Shown piece by piece: positions 45,975 to 58,368 of a stretch of 64,000 nucleotides of DNA. Position numbers and translations under genes: made by a program. The stretch lies in NCBI GenBank assembly GCA_038087875.1, contig CM075991.1, positions 2,418,001 through 2,482,000 on the forward strand. The letters are read 5' to 3'. This stretch comes from Malacoraja senta (Eukaryota). The notes beneath the pieces were generated by a model, which worked only from the letters and a program-made list of their open reading frames with translations, was not told the DNA's origin and searched no databases. Positions within the stretch are counted from its first letter, which is position 1; each line of letters begins with the position of its first letter.

Positions 45975-48216
45975 CAGGGCTCTCACTTTTTTTCCCTGTT
46001 GCCAGCCGGGCAACCTAGGCAGCTTTTTAGGTTGCCAAAGGACAGTTTAGGTGGTCATTTAAGATGGCTTGCATGATGCGTGTGATAATGTGCTCGGACG
46101 AAGTGCGTAGTTACCAGTCGGAATTATACTCAATGAAGCATTCACATATTATTTCTGCTTCAAATAAAGTCACAAACTAAACATATTCACCAATCAAGAC
46201 ATGATATATCCCACAATGACATGCAGCAAAATTATAAGACAGTATCTCAACTCGTTTTACACATTGCAATTAATGCAATTTCTATTCGTTCTTTCCACTT
46301 CCAAACAAAAATGTGGTTGGATTATTCAGCGTATGATCAACCTGTGTCAATAAATCCTGGACCATGGTAACATATATGCGTACATATAGTTGTGAATGTT
46401 GCTCATTAAATAACTACAGTACTGATATTCCATATTAAGAGCATTGACTTGCGTTAAAATGAATTCTGTAATAACGTGTCAACGGCAGCAGTGACAATCG
46501 AACACTGCGGTTTTAATGTTTCACGTGTTCACAATTTAATTAATCCATCTTTATGGATTAAAACAAATAATAACATTTGGAATTAAAACACATTTGATTG
46601 CATTCCGTTATCAAACATAGTCAATGTTCGCTCTGAAGACATTTCCAGCACAATAGGGTCAGGGAGGGGTGTGTGTGTGAATCAGTGCGGGGTGGATAGA
46701 TGGCGGGGGTGGGGGATTAGAAGGCAGTCGGTGCAGAATGGATGGATTGAGGCAGGTGAATTAGTACGTGTTGGTTGGAGTAGGTAAAATTGTGAGGGGA
46801 GAGCACGGGATGTCAGTGGTGTTGAATGGGGGGGTTCAGTACGGGATGGATGGGGTAGACAAAAGTGCTGGAGCAACTCAGCAGGTGAGGCAGCATCTAT
46901 GGAGCGAAGGAAATAGGCAACGTTTCCGGTCGAGACCCTTCTTCAGACTGTTCCCCCCATTCTTCTTGAATGGGAGGATCAGTACAGGATGGATGGGGGG
47001 GGGATATCAGCGCAGGATGAATGGGGGGGGTCAGTACAATGTGGATCGAAGGGTGTGCAGGATGAATGGGGGATCACTACAGGATGAATGAGGGGAAGGG
47101 GGGAAGGTGCAGGGTAAATGGAGGGTGGGTCAGTACGGGACAAATGCGTGGATTAGTACAGGACTGGAGGAGAAGTGCAGGATGGATGGGAAAGGTAAGT
47201 ACAGGGTGTATTGGGGAACCAGTGTAGGATGGATGGGGGGGGTGGCAGGAGAATCAATGCGAGGTGGATAGGGTGATCAGCGCAGGATGAATAGATGGGG
47301 GGGGTTGTAGATGTGGAGGGGAGCACAGGGGATGTCAGTGAGGACTGAATAGACGTGGGAATGGGGATCAGTGAGGGATGGAGTGGAGGGGTCCCAGGAT
47401 AAGGGGGTGGAGGGGGCGTACAAGAGAGAGAGATAGAGAGAGAGAGGGAGAGGGGGGGCGAGGTGGGGAGGAAGGAAGATCAGTGCTCCTCGGACAACAT
47501 CGCCCCGCTGCCTCGGCCGTTGGGAACTCCTCGCCACCGCCTCCCTCCTCCGCCAGCCAACAGCAAGGTGCGGGGCCGAGTGGTGCAGCTCAGAGTTCCT
47601 ATAGCTATAAGATCTTTGGTGCAGCTGCTTCAGAAGGGTCGAAGCGAATGACGGGCTTCGCACAGTGGCAGCAGCGGCCGCGGCTCCATCCCCTCCTCCT
47701 CCCGCCCCCCGCTCACCCTGATAAGGGCCTCTGCTTGTAAATCTGCTAACGGCGATAACCGCTTTCGAAACAAACCCTCCCGCACGCCGAGGCGTCCCCC
47801 TCCCTCCCGGCCTCGGCGTGCGGAAGGGTTTGTTTCGAACGCGGTTATCGCTGTTAGCGGATTTACAAGCAGAGGCCCTTACCAGGGCGGGCGGGGTGCG
47901 GGAAGAGGAGGAGATGGAGCCGCTGTCGCGGCCGCTGCTGCCGCTGTTCGGGGCCTGTCGTTCGCTCCGACCCTTCCTCACCCCGCACCTGGTATCTTTG
48001 CCCCGCAATACAGCCGTCACCGCCGACACAAAACGTCGCGTTCCTTTTCTCCAGAGATGCTGCCTGACCCGCGGAGTTACTCCAGTTTTTTGTGTCTATC
48101 TTCAGTACAAACCAGTATCTGGTTGCCAAGCCGGGCAAAATGACAAGGTGTTTAGGTTGCCCGGCGGCGCTTTGAGTGGTCAGTGGCACCCGGGCAACCT
48201 CTAATTTCGAGCCCTG
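45975..48216. mobile_element. Non-autonomous hAT-like DNA transposon (about 2.2 kb)
   Basis: TIR CAGGGCTC / GAGCCCTG; subterminal ggttgcc/ggcaacc repeats at both ends; imperfect 8-bp TSD gtattata / gtattgtg; no transposase ORF seen. Confidence 0.7.
47663..47946. repeat. Near-perfect GC-rich inverted repeat (about 130-bp arms, 18-nt loop)
   Basis: 47663-47792 is the reverse complement of 47811-47946 with few mismatches and one 6-nt indel. Confidence 0.9.
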
Positions 48217-49675
48217 GTATTGTGTGCAGTTTTGGTCCCCTAATTTGAGGAAGGACATTCTTGCTATTGAGGGAATGCAGCGTAGGTTCACAAGGTTAAT
48301 TCCAGGGATGGTGGGACTGACATATGATGAAAGAATGGGTCAACGGGGGCTGCATATGCTAGATGCAGGAAACAAATTCTCGATGTTGGGAGAGTCCAGA
48401 AATCTATATTCCATGTTTTTCTATTATTAGAAGTACATAGTGCAATAGATAGAAAATTGAGTTCGAAGTTTCAAGTTTAATGCAAGGATTACTTTAGATT
48501 TTACAATGTGGAAACAGGCCTTTCAGCGCACCGAGTCTGCGCCGACCAGCAATCACCCTGTGCACTAGCACTATCCTACACACTAGGAACAATTTACATT
48601 TTACAGAAGCCAATTAACCGACAAACTTGTACGTCTTTGGATAACAGTCATGAAAAATATATCTCAGTATACCAGCCCTTGGAATATTCCTTTGTGAACT
48701 CTGAATAATAAGAAGCTCAGACGTAAACTTTAACTGTATTCTATCCAAAGCTGCAAAATCTTTCCATTTGCTTAATCGCTAGAATTGCTATTACAACTAC
48801 AATGTATTAGTATTGATTTAGTATTGTCACATGTACTGAGGTACTGCAAAAAACATTGCATGCTACCCAGTCAAATCATATTATACACGAGTACAATCAA
48901 GCAGTACACAAGTACAACAGGTAATACAAAGAGAAACATACAAAGTGCAGAATATAATAGTATAGCATTACAGTTACAGATAAAGTGGAGATAAAAGATG
49001 TGCTATAGCCACAATGAGGTAGGTTGGGAGATTGGGGTTGTCAGGACAGCAGTTTATGTGAGGAGCGATCTGTGGTCTGATAACAGCAGGGAAGAAGTTG
49101 TTCCTGACTCTGATGGCACGTGCTTTCAAACGTTTGTGTCTTCTATCCAATGAGAAAGGGGAGAATAGTGAATAACCGGGGTGTAAACAGCATTGATTAT
49201 GTTGGATGCTCTCCTAGGGTAACATGAAATGTAAATGGTGTCGACAGTGGGGGGCTGGTTAGTGTGATGAACTGGGTTACTAGCGGTCTTGGGAAGAGCA
49301 GTTGGTATTTTGGAGAATATAAACTAAATTCTCAAACTACATAGCAGGTTGAGCAGCTTTCTCTTCAAAATGTTAACTTATTTCTCTCTCCACTGCCAGA
49401 ATTTTCTGTTTATATTTCAAATCTCCAGCATCTGCAGTTTTTTTCCTTTCAAACATCCCTTGGGATTTGAATCAGAACTCCTGAAGGGAGCAGGGAGAAG
49501 AGGGAATGACTGGGGTGTAAACGGTCATAATCATGTTTGCTGTTTTCCCAAGTCAGCGTGTAGATGGAGTCGATGGTGGTGGTTTGTGTGAATTTAATCA
49601 TGTATGACTGAAATGATAGAGTTTGTTTTGCAAAGATCTAACAAAGTTGATTAAATTACCATATTCAGTGTTATA

Positions 49676-49968
49676 ATGCAGGCTGTTACAAAAGCAACTG
49701 CAATTCTACGTTTGGCCAGAGCTGGTCCCCGAAGCATTTGTTTGAATCTCACCTGTCCTCTCCAAGTGAGGCATCTGTCAAAGTCCAGGAGTTGGAGGAT
49801 GAGGCTTGTCCAGTTCCTGACTGTTGGCGATCCATGTGGAATGAGAGTGGGCGTGCAGCAGAAGGAAGCAGGAAAAGTAATTGACCTGAATTTATTCGAC
49901 AGCTCCCTTCCCAGAACTATGAAGGAGTTTCTGGAAAAGGGAGAAGTTGCCATGGAAACTGCAAGAAG
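49676..49968 (+). CDS. FAHD2A: Fumarylacetoacetate hydrolase domain-containing protein 2, first coding exon with likely mitochondrial presequence
   Basis: MRLVQF...VIDLNLFDSSLPRTMKEFLEKGE..ARR resembles the FAHD2 N-terminus; acceptor ttcag| at 49668, donor AG|gtattt (phase 2). Confidence 0.9.
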
Positions 49969-51013
49969 GTATTTGTTCATTTTGTTCACTACTTGTTAGA
50001 GGGTGAAATAATTTCTGTAAGTATCATTTTCAACAGCACGATGAAAAACAAAGAAGCCAGAAAAGTGAATGCGTCTCTTGTTGTTTTATGATCTTTTTGT
50101 TTTGCTAAAGGTATGATGGTGAATGGCTGAATAACTCACATGAGCACTGTCTGTACGTTGGCAGATAGGACGGCCTGAGAAGTGAGCAGTATGAATGTAG
50201 TATCTTGTTTTCTTTGATGATTTTACAGAAGAAATTTGTGTGTACCACACAATTTCTGGGGAGTTCTCTAATCATTAATTAATTTTAATGTTGATGGGGG
50301 AAACAAAAACAAATATTAACTTCAATTTTCAGAATTCAGTCAGGTTATATCAATGAACTAACTTGAAAAATAAAATATAATAAAAAATATATATATTTTT
50401 CAAGTCAGCATAATTTTACTTGCTACATTTGTTTGAGGAATTCATGCATTTGGGTTGAAAGTTAATTTTATAACCTTAGGATTGCAATCCACTTTGTAAA
50501 GCCTGCTTCTCATACCACATTGAAAAGGCATTATTCGTGGTTAATGGATTCAATATTTATTGTTGCAGTAATGTACTGTTCCACTTTTTTCCAGTAATGG
50601 CAGTAAAAATTTAGACCATCTGCGTTATAACAGTGTAGAAGAACACAGGACGGTACAGCTCAGGAACAGGCCCTTCAGCCCACGGTATCTGTGCCGAATA
50701 TGATGCCAAATGAAACCAATCCCTTTACCTGTGATCTATATTCGTCCATTCCCTGTATATCCACGTGCCTACCCAAAAGCCTCATCACTACAATCTGCTT
50801 TCACCACCAGCCCTTTCAGTGCATTCTAGGCACCTACCACTCTTTGTGTAAAAAAAACGTCCCCGCACATCTCTTTTAAATTGTCCCCTTCTGGCCTTAA
50901 AGTTATCCCCTCTAATATTTGACATTTCCACCTTGATAAGATTCTGACTTTCTTCCCTATCTACATTTCACATAATTTTAAAAACTTGTATTAGGCGTCC
51001 CCTCGGCCTCTAA

Positions 51014-51342
51014 TAGCCCTGTCCCACGGTACGAGTTCATTCCAAGGGTTCTCCCAAGTTTGCCCTGATTCGAACTCGGAGATTTATGGTAATGGCCACT
51101 CGTCGGTACTCGGGGCTCTCGTGGACATTTTTCAACGTGTTGAAAAATCTTCACGAGTCTTCCCGTGCTTACCTGCCATAAGCGAGTCTTCCCGAGTACC
51201 TGCCGTTACCGTTACGAGCTGCTAAGAGACGTCCCCGAGCTCCGACGTACCCGCTACGTTCATTCTCCGTGCTTACCACGAGTTTGATTTTTTTTTAACT
51301 CAGGAGAGCACTTGAATGAACTCGCACCATGGGACAGGCCTT
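51014..51342. mobile_element. PIF/Harbinger-type MITE
   Basis: CCTGTCCCAC / TGGGACAGG termini, TAA on both sides, splits an older LINE fragment. Confidence 0.75.
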
Positions 51343-52771
51343 TAACGCTCCAGAAAAAACAATGTAAATTTGTCCAATCTCTCCTTATGGCAAATACCCC
51401 ACCATCCCTACTTTCCGGGAGGTGTTGATTTGGACCACGAGCTCCCTCTGAACATCAAGTGTCAAATTTTCAAGACATATTACATTAATTAAATATTCTT
51501 TTCAGTAGACGTTGCAATTAGACAGATAGACAATTATAAAATCATATTAATCATTAATTAATCCAACTAGCAACATTTATTACTTGTGTTGACTAAGATC
51601 TGCTCAAATATTATTTAATATATACTTGTCAAAACATTAAAAGTTCATTTTGAGAACATTTTCCACAGCATGGAACCAACAGACATGCAAACAAAGATCG
51701 GTTGGAGTGCAGATGATAAAATACCCTGTATTGCACTGGCTATATACATAATACTATGTTTGTAATTAAATGGCAGAGAGGGTTAACAGTCCAAATCTGG
51801 AGTGCCACTCAGGTCAAATTTACTGAGAATATCTCACCTGTGATATTCTGACTTCACTCTGACGTTGCACTCCCATGTAAATTCCAGTGGTGGGAGCCAA
51901 CCTCCCACGATTTACCAGCAATATTATGCCAGGCTAGACAGCACAGTTCAACAAAAGAAGACATGGAGTGCTGGAGTAACTCAGCGGGTCAGGCAGCATC
52001 GCTGAGGAACATGGATAGATGTTTTTGGGTCGGGACCCTTCATACCGTTCAACAATATTCATTTCAACGGAGAGGACTGGCTTTGTTTCATTTTCATTTA
52101 TTTATTTTCATAAATTACCATTTTCATTTATTTGACTGAATTAAATTGCACATGAATTCGTCAATTAAATGATTGACAGTGTTTTATATGTTATATTTTT
52201 TTCAAAGCATTTTTGGAGGCAAAACCAGCATTTTTGTAGGGAAGAGTCTCCACTCTGCTGGAGTCGGCTTTGGCTTATCAATCACTGAGCTGGGCCGGCT
52301 GAACCATCCAGCACTGCTGGACAATATCTATTTACACCTCTGTGTCTGCAGCAAACTAGACGGGGTAGACACAACAAGCTGGAGTAACTCAGCGGGACAG
52401 GCAGCATCTCTGGAGAGAAGGAATGGGTGACGTTTCGGGACTGAAGAAGGATCTCGACTCGAAATGTCACCCATTCCTTCTCTCCAGAGATGCTGCCTGT
52501 CCCTCTGAGTTACTCCAGCATTTTGTGTCTATCTTCAATTTAAACCAGCATCTGCAGTTTTCCTATGCAAACTAGAGGGGTGTGTATAAGGCCAGGACTT
52601 ATAGTGACATTTATTTTACAACAAACATAGTTTAAATGGTCTCGACAAACTGTAGAATATAAAACACATGACCAACATTATAGCACAGTCACTAGATGCT
52701 TTCATTAATGGCTATAGATTTGGTATATGTAATGAGAAGGGATAGTTAACTTGTACTAATGAAGTACAAAA

Positions 52772-53174
52772 TCTAAATGGCGTCAAGTTGGGAAAAGGGG
52801 AAGTACAACGGGATCTGGGGGTCCTTGTACATCAGTCTATGAAAGTAAGCATGCAGGTACAGCAGGCAGTGAAGAAAGCGAATGGCATGTTGGCCTTTAT
52901 AACAAGAGGAATCGAATATAGGAGCAAAGAGGTCCTTCTGCAGTTGTACAGAGCCCTAGTGAGACCACACCTGGAGTATTGTGTGCAGTATTGGTCCCCT
53001 AATTTGAGGAAGGACATTCTTGCTATTGAGGGAGTGCAGCGTAGGTTTACAAGGTTAATTCCCGGGATGGCGGGACTGTCATATGCTGAGAGAATGGAGC
53101 AGCTGGGCTTGTACACTCTGCAGTTTAGAAGGATGAGAGGGAATCTCATTGAAATATAAGATTGTTAAGGGCTT
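52772..53174 (+). mobile_element. CR1 RT fragment running into the gap
   Basis: ORF 52788..53159. Confidence 0.88.
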
Positions 53175-53374
53175 NNNNNNNNNNNNNNNNNNNNNNNNNN
53201 NNNNNNNNNNNNNNNNNNNNNNNNNNNNNNNNNNNNNNNNNNNNNNNNNNNNNNNNNNNNNNNNNNNNNNNNNNNNNNNNNNNNNNNNNNNNNNNNNNNN
53301 NNNNNNNNNNNNNNNNNNNNNNNNNNNNNNNNNNNNNNNNNNNNNNNNNNNNNNNNNNNNNNNNNNNNNNNNNN
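53175..53374. other. Assembly gap (200 N)
   Basis: Run of N directly after a CR1 fragment. Confidence 0.99.
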
Positions 53375-53764
53375 AGATACCAATGTAAATCACTTAAACT
53401 GCTTGAAGATTGTAAATTCATGCATTACTCCCAGCCTATATGTCCCATTGTATTGATGTATGAACATTCCTGACAGTTAGTCCAGCTTTAAGTACCTATC
53501 TGAGTTCACTGACTGGATCAACTCCTCCTCTAGCGGCACCCCCTATTGATAATGTCTTTGATAAATCATGTGTATCAGTTCTTCCCATGAAGAACTGAAG
53601 AAGGGTCTCGACCCGAAACGTCGCCCAGTCCTTTTCTCCAGAGATGCTGCCTCACCCGCTGAGTTACTCCAGCATTTTGTGTCTACCTTCAGTTCTTCTC
53701 AAGTCAGGTTTGTTATTTCCTTAACTTTCAGCCATATAGTTTCAGTTCAATTTAGTTTATGGTG

Positions 53765-54142
53765 GACTCACAATTCACTCACAGTGGACTCACAGTTCAC
53801 TCACTCACGGCTTCTGGATTCACAGTTCACTCGCTCACGGCTTCTGGACTCACAGTTCACTCGCTCACGGCTTCTGGACTCACAGTTCACTCGCTCACGG
53901 CTTCTGGACTCACAGTTCACTCGCTCACGGCTTCTGGACTCACAGTTCACTCACTCACGGCTTCTGGACTCAGTTCACTCAGTCACGGCTTAAGGACTCA
54001 CAGTTCACTCAGTCATGGCTTCTGGGCTCACAGTTCACTCAGTCACGGCTTCTGGACTCACAGTTTACTCAGTCACGGCTTCTGGACTCACAGTTCACTC
54101 AGTCTCGGCTTCTGGACTCACAGTGCACTCACTCACGGCTTC
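53765..54142. repeat. 30-bp minisatellite, about 12 copies
   Basis: Unit cacagttcactc(g/a)(c/g)tcacggcttctggact. Confidence 0.92.
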
Positions 54143-55165
54143 GGGGTGGATGGCTTCCGGAAAGCTCAGTCCTCCGGGGCTTTAATCTCCTCGTCCCGGT
54201 GATGACACCGGGTGCCGGAAGGGGAGGCGCCGTCCCGGTGACAGACAGGAGAGAAGACCAATCTGCTGATCTTACGATTTTTAAACCTTCTTAACTTTTG
54301 TAATATTCCACCGATCGGAACATAACTTGGTGCGCTTGGAGCAGAGGAGAACGGCGAATAAGGTGGCGAAAAATCCTAGCGATATAGGGCATCATTTTTG
54401 CGCAAATTTAAAACAACGCAAACCGGAAGAGGACAAGATGAGAGTTTTATTAATAGTATAGATAGGAGATAGATAGATAGATGTCTGTAAGTTTGAGTTT
54501 CAGCATGTTTCAAGGACTTGTATTAATCAGTAAAAATAAGATCAGTATCACAAGAATTAAAATCATGATACATTGTAGTTCTATTAACACTATTAAGCCC
54601 ATTAAAAACTTCCGCCACAATTGGTGATTAATGTTTATGTGCTGTACAGTCTTGTACCACATGCATTAATGAATAGGAGTACAATTAGGCCATTTGGCCC
54701 ATCAAGTCTATGTCGCCATTCAATCATGGATGATCTATCTCTCCCTCCTGACCCCATTCTCCTGCCTTCTCCCCATAAACTCTAACACCTGTACGAATCA
54801 AGAATCTATCTCTCTCTGCCTTAAAAATATCCACTGGCTTGGCCTTGACAGCCTTCTGTGGCAAAGAATTCCACAGATTCGCCAACCTCTGACTAAAGAA
54901 TTTCTCCTCATCTCCTTCCTAAAAGAACGTCCTTTAATTCTGAGGCTGTGACCTCAAGTTCTAGACTCCCCCGCTAATGGAAACATCCTCTGTGCATCCA
55001 AATTATCCAAGCCTTTCACTATTCATGGTTCTCCAAATCTTTTAATGATTTGTTATCTTGTTGGATCATTCTCACTGATTATCATCGGTGCTTGTTCTTT
55101 TCGGGATTGAGATATGATCAAGAGTGAAGGGGAATGGACAGGTCAATTGCATGATAGCTTTGATA

Positions 55166-55364
55166 TAGATACAAAATGCTGGAGTAACTCAGCGGGACAG
55201 GCAGCATCTCTGGAGAGGAGTTGGTGACATGTCGGGTCGAGACCCTTCTGCAGCAGTCATCCATTCCTTCACTCCAGAGATGCTCCTTGTCCCACTGAGT
55301 TACTCCAGCACTTTGTGGCTATCTTCGATGTAAACCAGCATCTGCAGTTCCTTCCTCCATATGT
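55166..55364. mobile_element. Penelope-derived inverted mini-insertion
   Basis: 15-bp TSD atgatagctttgata at 55151-55165 and 55365-55379. Confidence 0.75.
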
Positions 55365-56011
55365 ATGATAGCTTTGATAGCTCTCTCTAGCATGGGGATC
55401 AAAGATGTACCCTCAAGAAAGTGGTGTAATGGGTCAGGTTGGAAAACGAGTGCCTTCTTCTCATTGTTATATTGAAGCAGAAAGTAATATCATGAATGGG
55501 ACTCCTTTTGTTCCCATGCTCCATTACCTGTCCATCAGACACACTCCTCCCCACCTTTGTGTTTGACAACTTGGTGAATGAGTCATACGGTGTGGAAACA
55601 GCCCCTCAGCCCAACTTGCCCACACCCACCAACATGCCCCATCTACACTAGTCCCACCTACCTGCATTTGACCCTTATGTCTCTAAACCTATTCTGTCCA
55701 TGTACCTGTCTAAATGTTGTGATCATACCTGCTCCAATACCTCCTCTGGCAGCTCATTCCATACATCCACCACCCTTTGTGTAAAAAAGTTACCCCTCAG
55801 GTTTCTATTGAATCTTTCCCCCCTCACCGTAAATGAGAATCGACTGTGAAGTTACAAACTGTCTCCCCAGGAATCTAACGCCACAACAATAATGAAATAC
55901 TACTAAGAGTGGTGGGTATGTGGAACGAGCTGGCAGAGGAGGTAGTTGAGGCAGGTACTGTAATGACATTTACATTTGGGCAGGAACATGGATAGGAAAG
56001 GTTTAGATGGA

Positions 56012-56227
56012 AGGTACACAAAAATGCTGGAGAAACTCAGCGGGTGCAGCAGCATCTATGGAGCGAAGGAAATAGGTAACGTTTCGGGCCGAAACCCTTC
56101 TTCAGACGTTTCGGCCCGAAACGTTACCTATTTCCTTCGCTCCATAGATGCTGCTGCACCCGCTGAGTTTCTCCAGCATTTTTGTGTACCTTCGATTTTC
56201 CAGCATCTGCAGTTCCTTCTTTAACAC
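56012..56227. mobile_element. Young Penelope-derived inverted mini-insertion
   Basis: Near-perfect inverted arms; 14-bp TSD aaggtttagatgga at 55998-56011 and 56228-56241. Confidence 0.82.
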
Positions 56228-57499
56228 AAGGTTTAGATGGATATGAGCCAAATGCGGGCAGGTGGGGCACCTTGCTGAGCATGGGCAAGGCGGGCCGAAG
56301 GGCCTGTTTCCATGCTGTATGACCCGATGACTCACTAAATACCACTCCATTGTCAAAGCATCATTCAATGGTGGAACAATATGGCGTGTTCCATCTATGA
56401 ATGAGGCTTCCTGTTGGGTGTCCTCCTCCAGTCTCCCAATTGACTCCATAATTCTTCGGATTTAGATAATGATAAAATGAGTGACATGACACAAATCACA
56501 ATTACCCTTTGGATTCTATATCCTTTTACAAGGTCTGGTACCTCACTCTCTCCCACTGCCTGTATTATGTTGCAATCAGCATGTTATTCACAAACAGTAT
56601 CTGATTGTTCGTTCTATAGTTAAGGCAGCATTGTATCTAATCATTGTTAACTCCCACAAATGCTACATACACACATTGTTTTCTGGTTCTTCCGCTACTT
56701 CTTTTATCGGTGGAAATAGCTCTGCAGCATTGTGAGGAGGTTTGATTTACTTTCTGAATCATGCCTCTCTCAGCTCTGTTCATTTCCCCTTTAACTGATT
56801 TCTTGCCACTTCACTGCGCACCTTCACATTTCCCACATCTGTTCAGTCACAGCCCACCGCTGCCCCTACACCAACCCACTCGCGCAATTTGTGAACCCTT
56901 GTAAATCCTCTTCTAATTTCCTTAGAAAATAGCATATTCAGACATAAAACCCACATTGCCACTTTGCAGGCGTGGATAAATGTTAAAAAACTTTTCCCGG
57001 TGATTCTTTTTAACTTGTTTCCATCTAATGGATGATTGTTGTAAAGTATTTCCCCTCCTTGGCCTTCAACCATCTCCATTACAAATCTGTGCCCACCTGT
57101 CAAAAGCCTCAAAGATAGCCATACATTTTAACTCCAATTCAATTGTTTCAAAGTTAGCTTTTCTAACCATGTCAATGATTTAGGACTTTGAAGTAACATC
57201 CACAGTTGTGAGTGGGTTGTAACATTCAGACCATTTGAATCAATTAAAAAATACACAGAAATGTGCATTCCCAACAACAAAGACAAAAGGCCAAAGTATT
57301 AAGGATTTGGGATTCAGCCTTACCTAATCTAATCCTTTGAGAGACCCTGGGAAACCACTGGTTTAAGGGCATCCTCTGTGAACCATTTTGCAGCATCCTT
57401 CTCCACAAGTTCACGAATGGAGTGGAACACTTTATTGTCACCTGTGACTAGGCACAGTGAGATTCTTTGCTTGCTTACCCAATGTAAACAAAAAGTAAA

Positions 57500-58368
57500 G
57501 TAGTAAAGTAAAGTAAGTTTATTTATATAGCGCCTTTCAATCAGATTACTGAAACCAAAGCGCTTCACAGACAATTAACCATATAAATAAAAATAAAAAG
57601 GTAGAATAAAAAAGACACGACACACTATTTAGAGATTCAACATGAACATCCCGCCACAGCAGAGTCGACACTCTCCACTGTGAGGGAAAGGCACCAAAAT
57701 GTCCAGTCCTCCTCCCAGTCCACCCGAGAGTTAAGTAGGGTAACAACCGCAGGGAAGAAGCTGTTCCTGAACCTGCTGGTCCGGCAACGGAGAGACCTGT
57801 AGCGCCTCCCAGATGGGAGGAGGGTAAACAGTCTGTGGTTGGGGTGAGAGCAGTCCTTGACGATGCTGCGCGCCCTTCGCAGATATCGCTTGCTCTGGAC
57901 AGACTCAATGGAGGGGAGTGAGGAACTGGTGATGCGTTGGGCAGTTTTCACCACCCTCTGCAGTGCTTTCCGGTCAGAGACAGAGCAGTTGCCATACTAT
58001 ACTGTGATACAGTTAGTAAGGATGCTCTCGATGGCGCAGCGGTAGAAGTTCACCAGAATCTGAGGAGACAGATGGACCTTCTTTAGTCTCCTCAGGAAGA
58101 AGAGACGCTGGTGAGCCGTCTTGACCAGTGTTGAGGTATTGTGGGTCCAAGAGAGGTCATCAGAGATGTTGACCCCCAGAAACCTGAAGCTGGAAACACA
58201 CTCCACCTCCGTCCCGTTAATATGGATGGGGGTGTGCGTGCCGCCCCTAGACTTTCTGTAGTCCACAATGAGCTCCTTGGTCTTCTTGGTGTTAAGGGCC
58301 AGGTTGTTGTCAGCGCACCATGCTGCTAGGAGCTGGACCTCCTCCCTATAGGCCGACTCATCCTCCAC
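57500..58368 (-). mobile_element. Rex1/Babar-clade LINE 3' part
   Basis: DESAYREEV...WCADNNLALNTKKTKELIVDYR...FRFLGV...QRLFFLRRLKK...LPSGRRYRS...RFRNSFFP. Confidence 0.9.

Larger units (their letters stand above)
45285..48400 (+). mobile_element. CR1 RT fragment split by a DNA-transposon-like insertion
   Basis: ORF 45373..46050 reaches RPHLEY and resumes as YCVQFWSPNLRKD at 48217. Confidence 0.85.

Noticed and set aside
47277..48204. 250-aa and other GC-rich ORFs
   Set aside because: Low-complexity frames over the foldback; no transposase or other recognisable domain
51661..51765. ttttccacag acceptor with a short open frame, as a candidate missing FAHD2 exon (similar case near 52207)
   Set aside because: The translations do not resemble the FAH domain and the 51669 frame reaches a stop
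53079..53473. ORFs containing X runs
   Set aside because: Artefacts of the N gap
53568..54202. ORFs with DSQFTRSRLL / TVHSLTASG repeats
   Set aside because: Products of the 30-bp minisatellite; no exon structure
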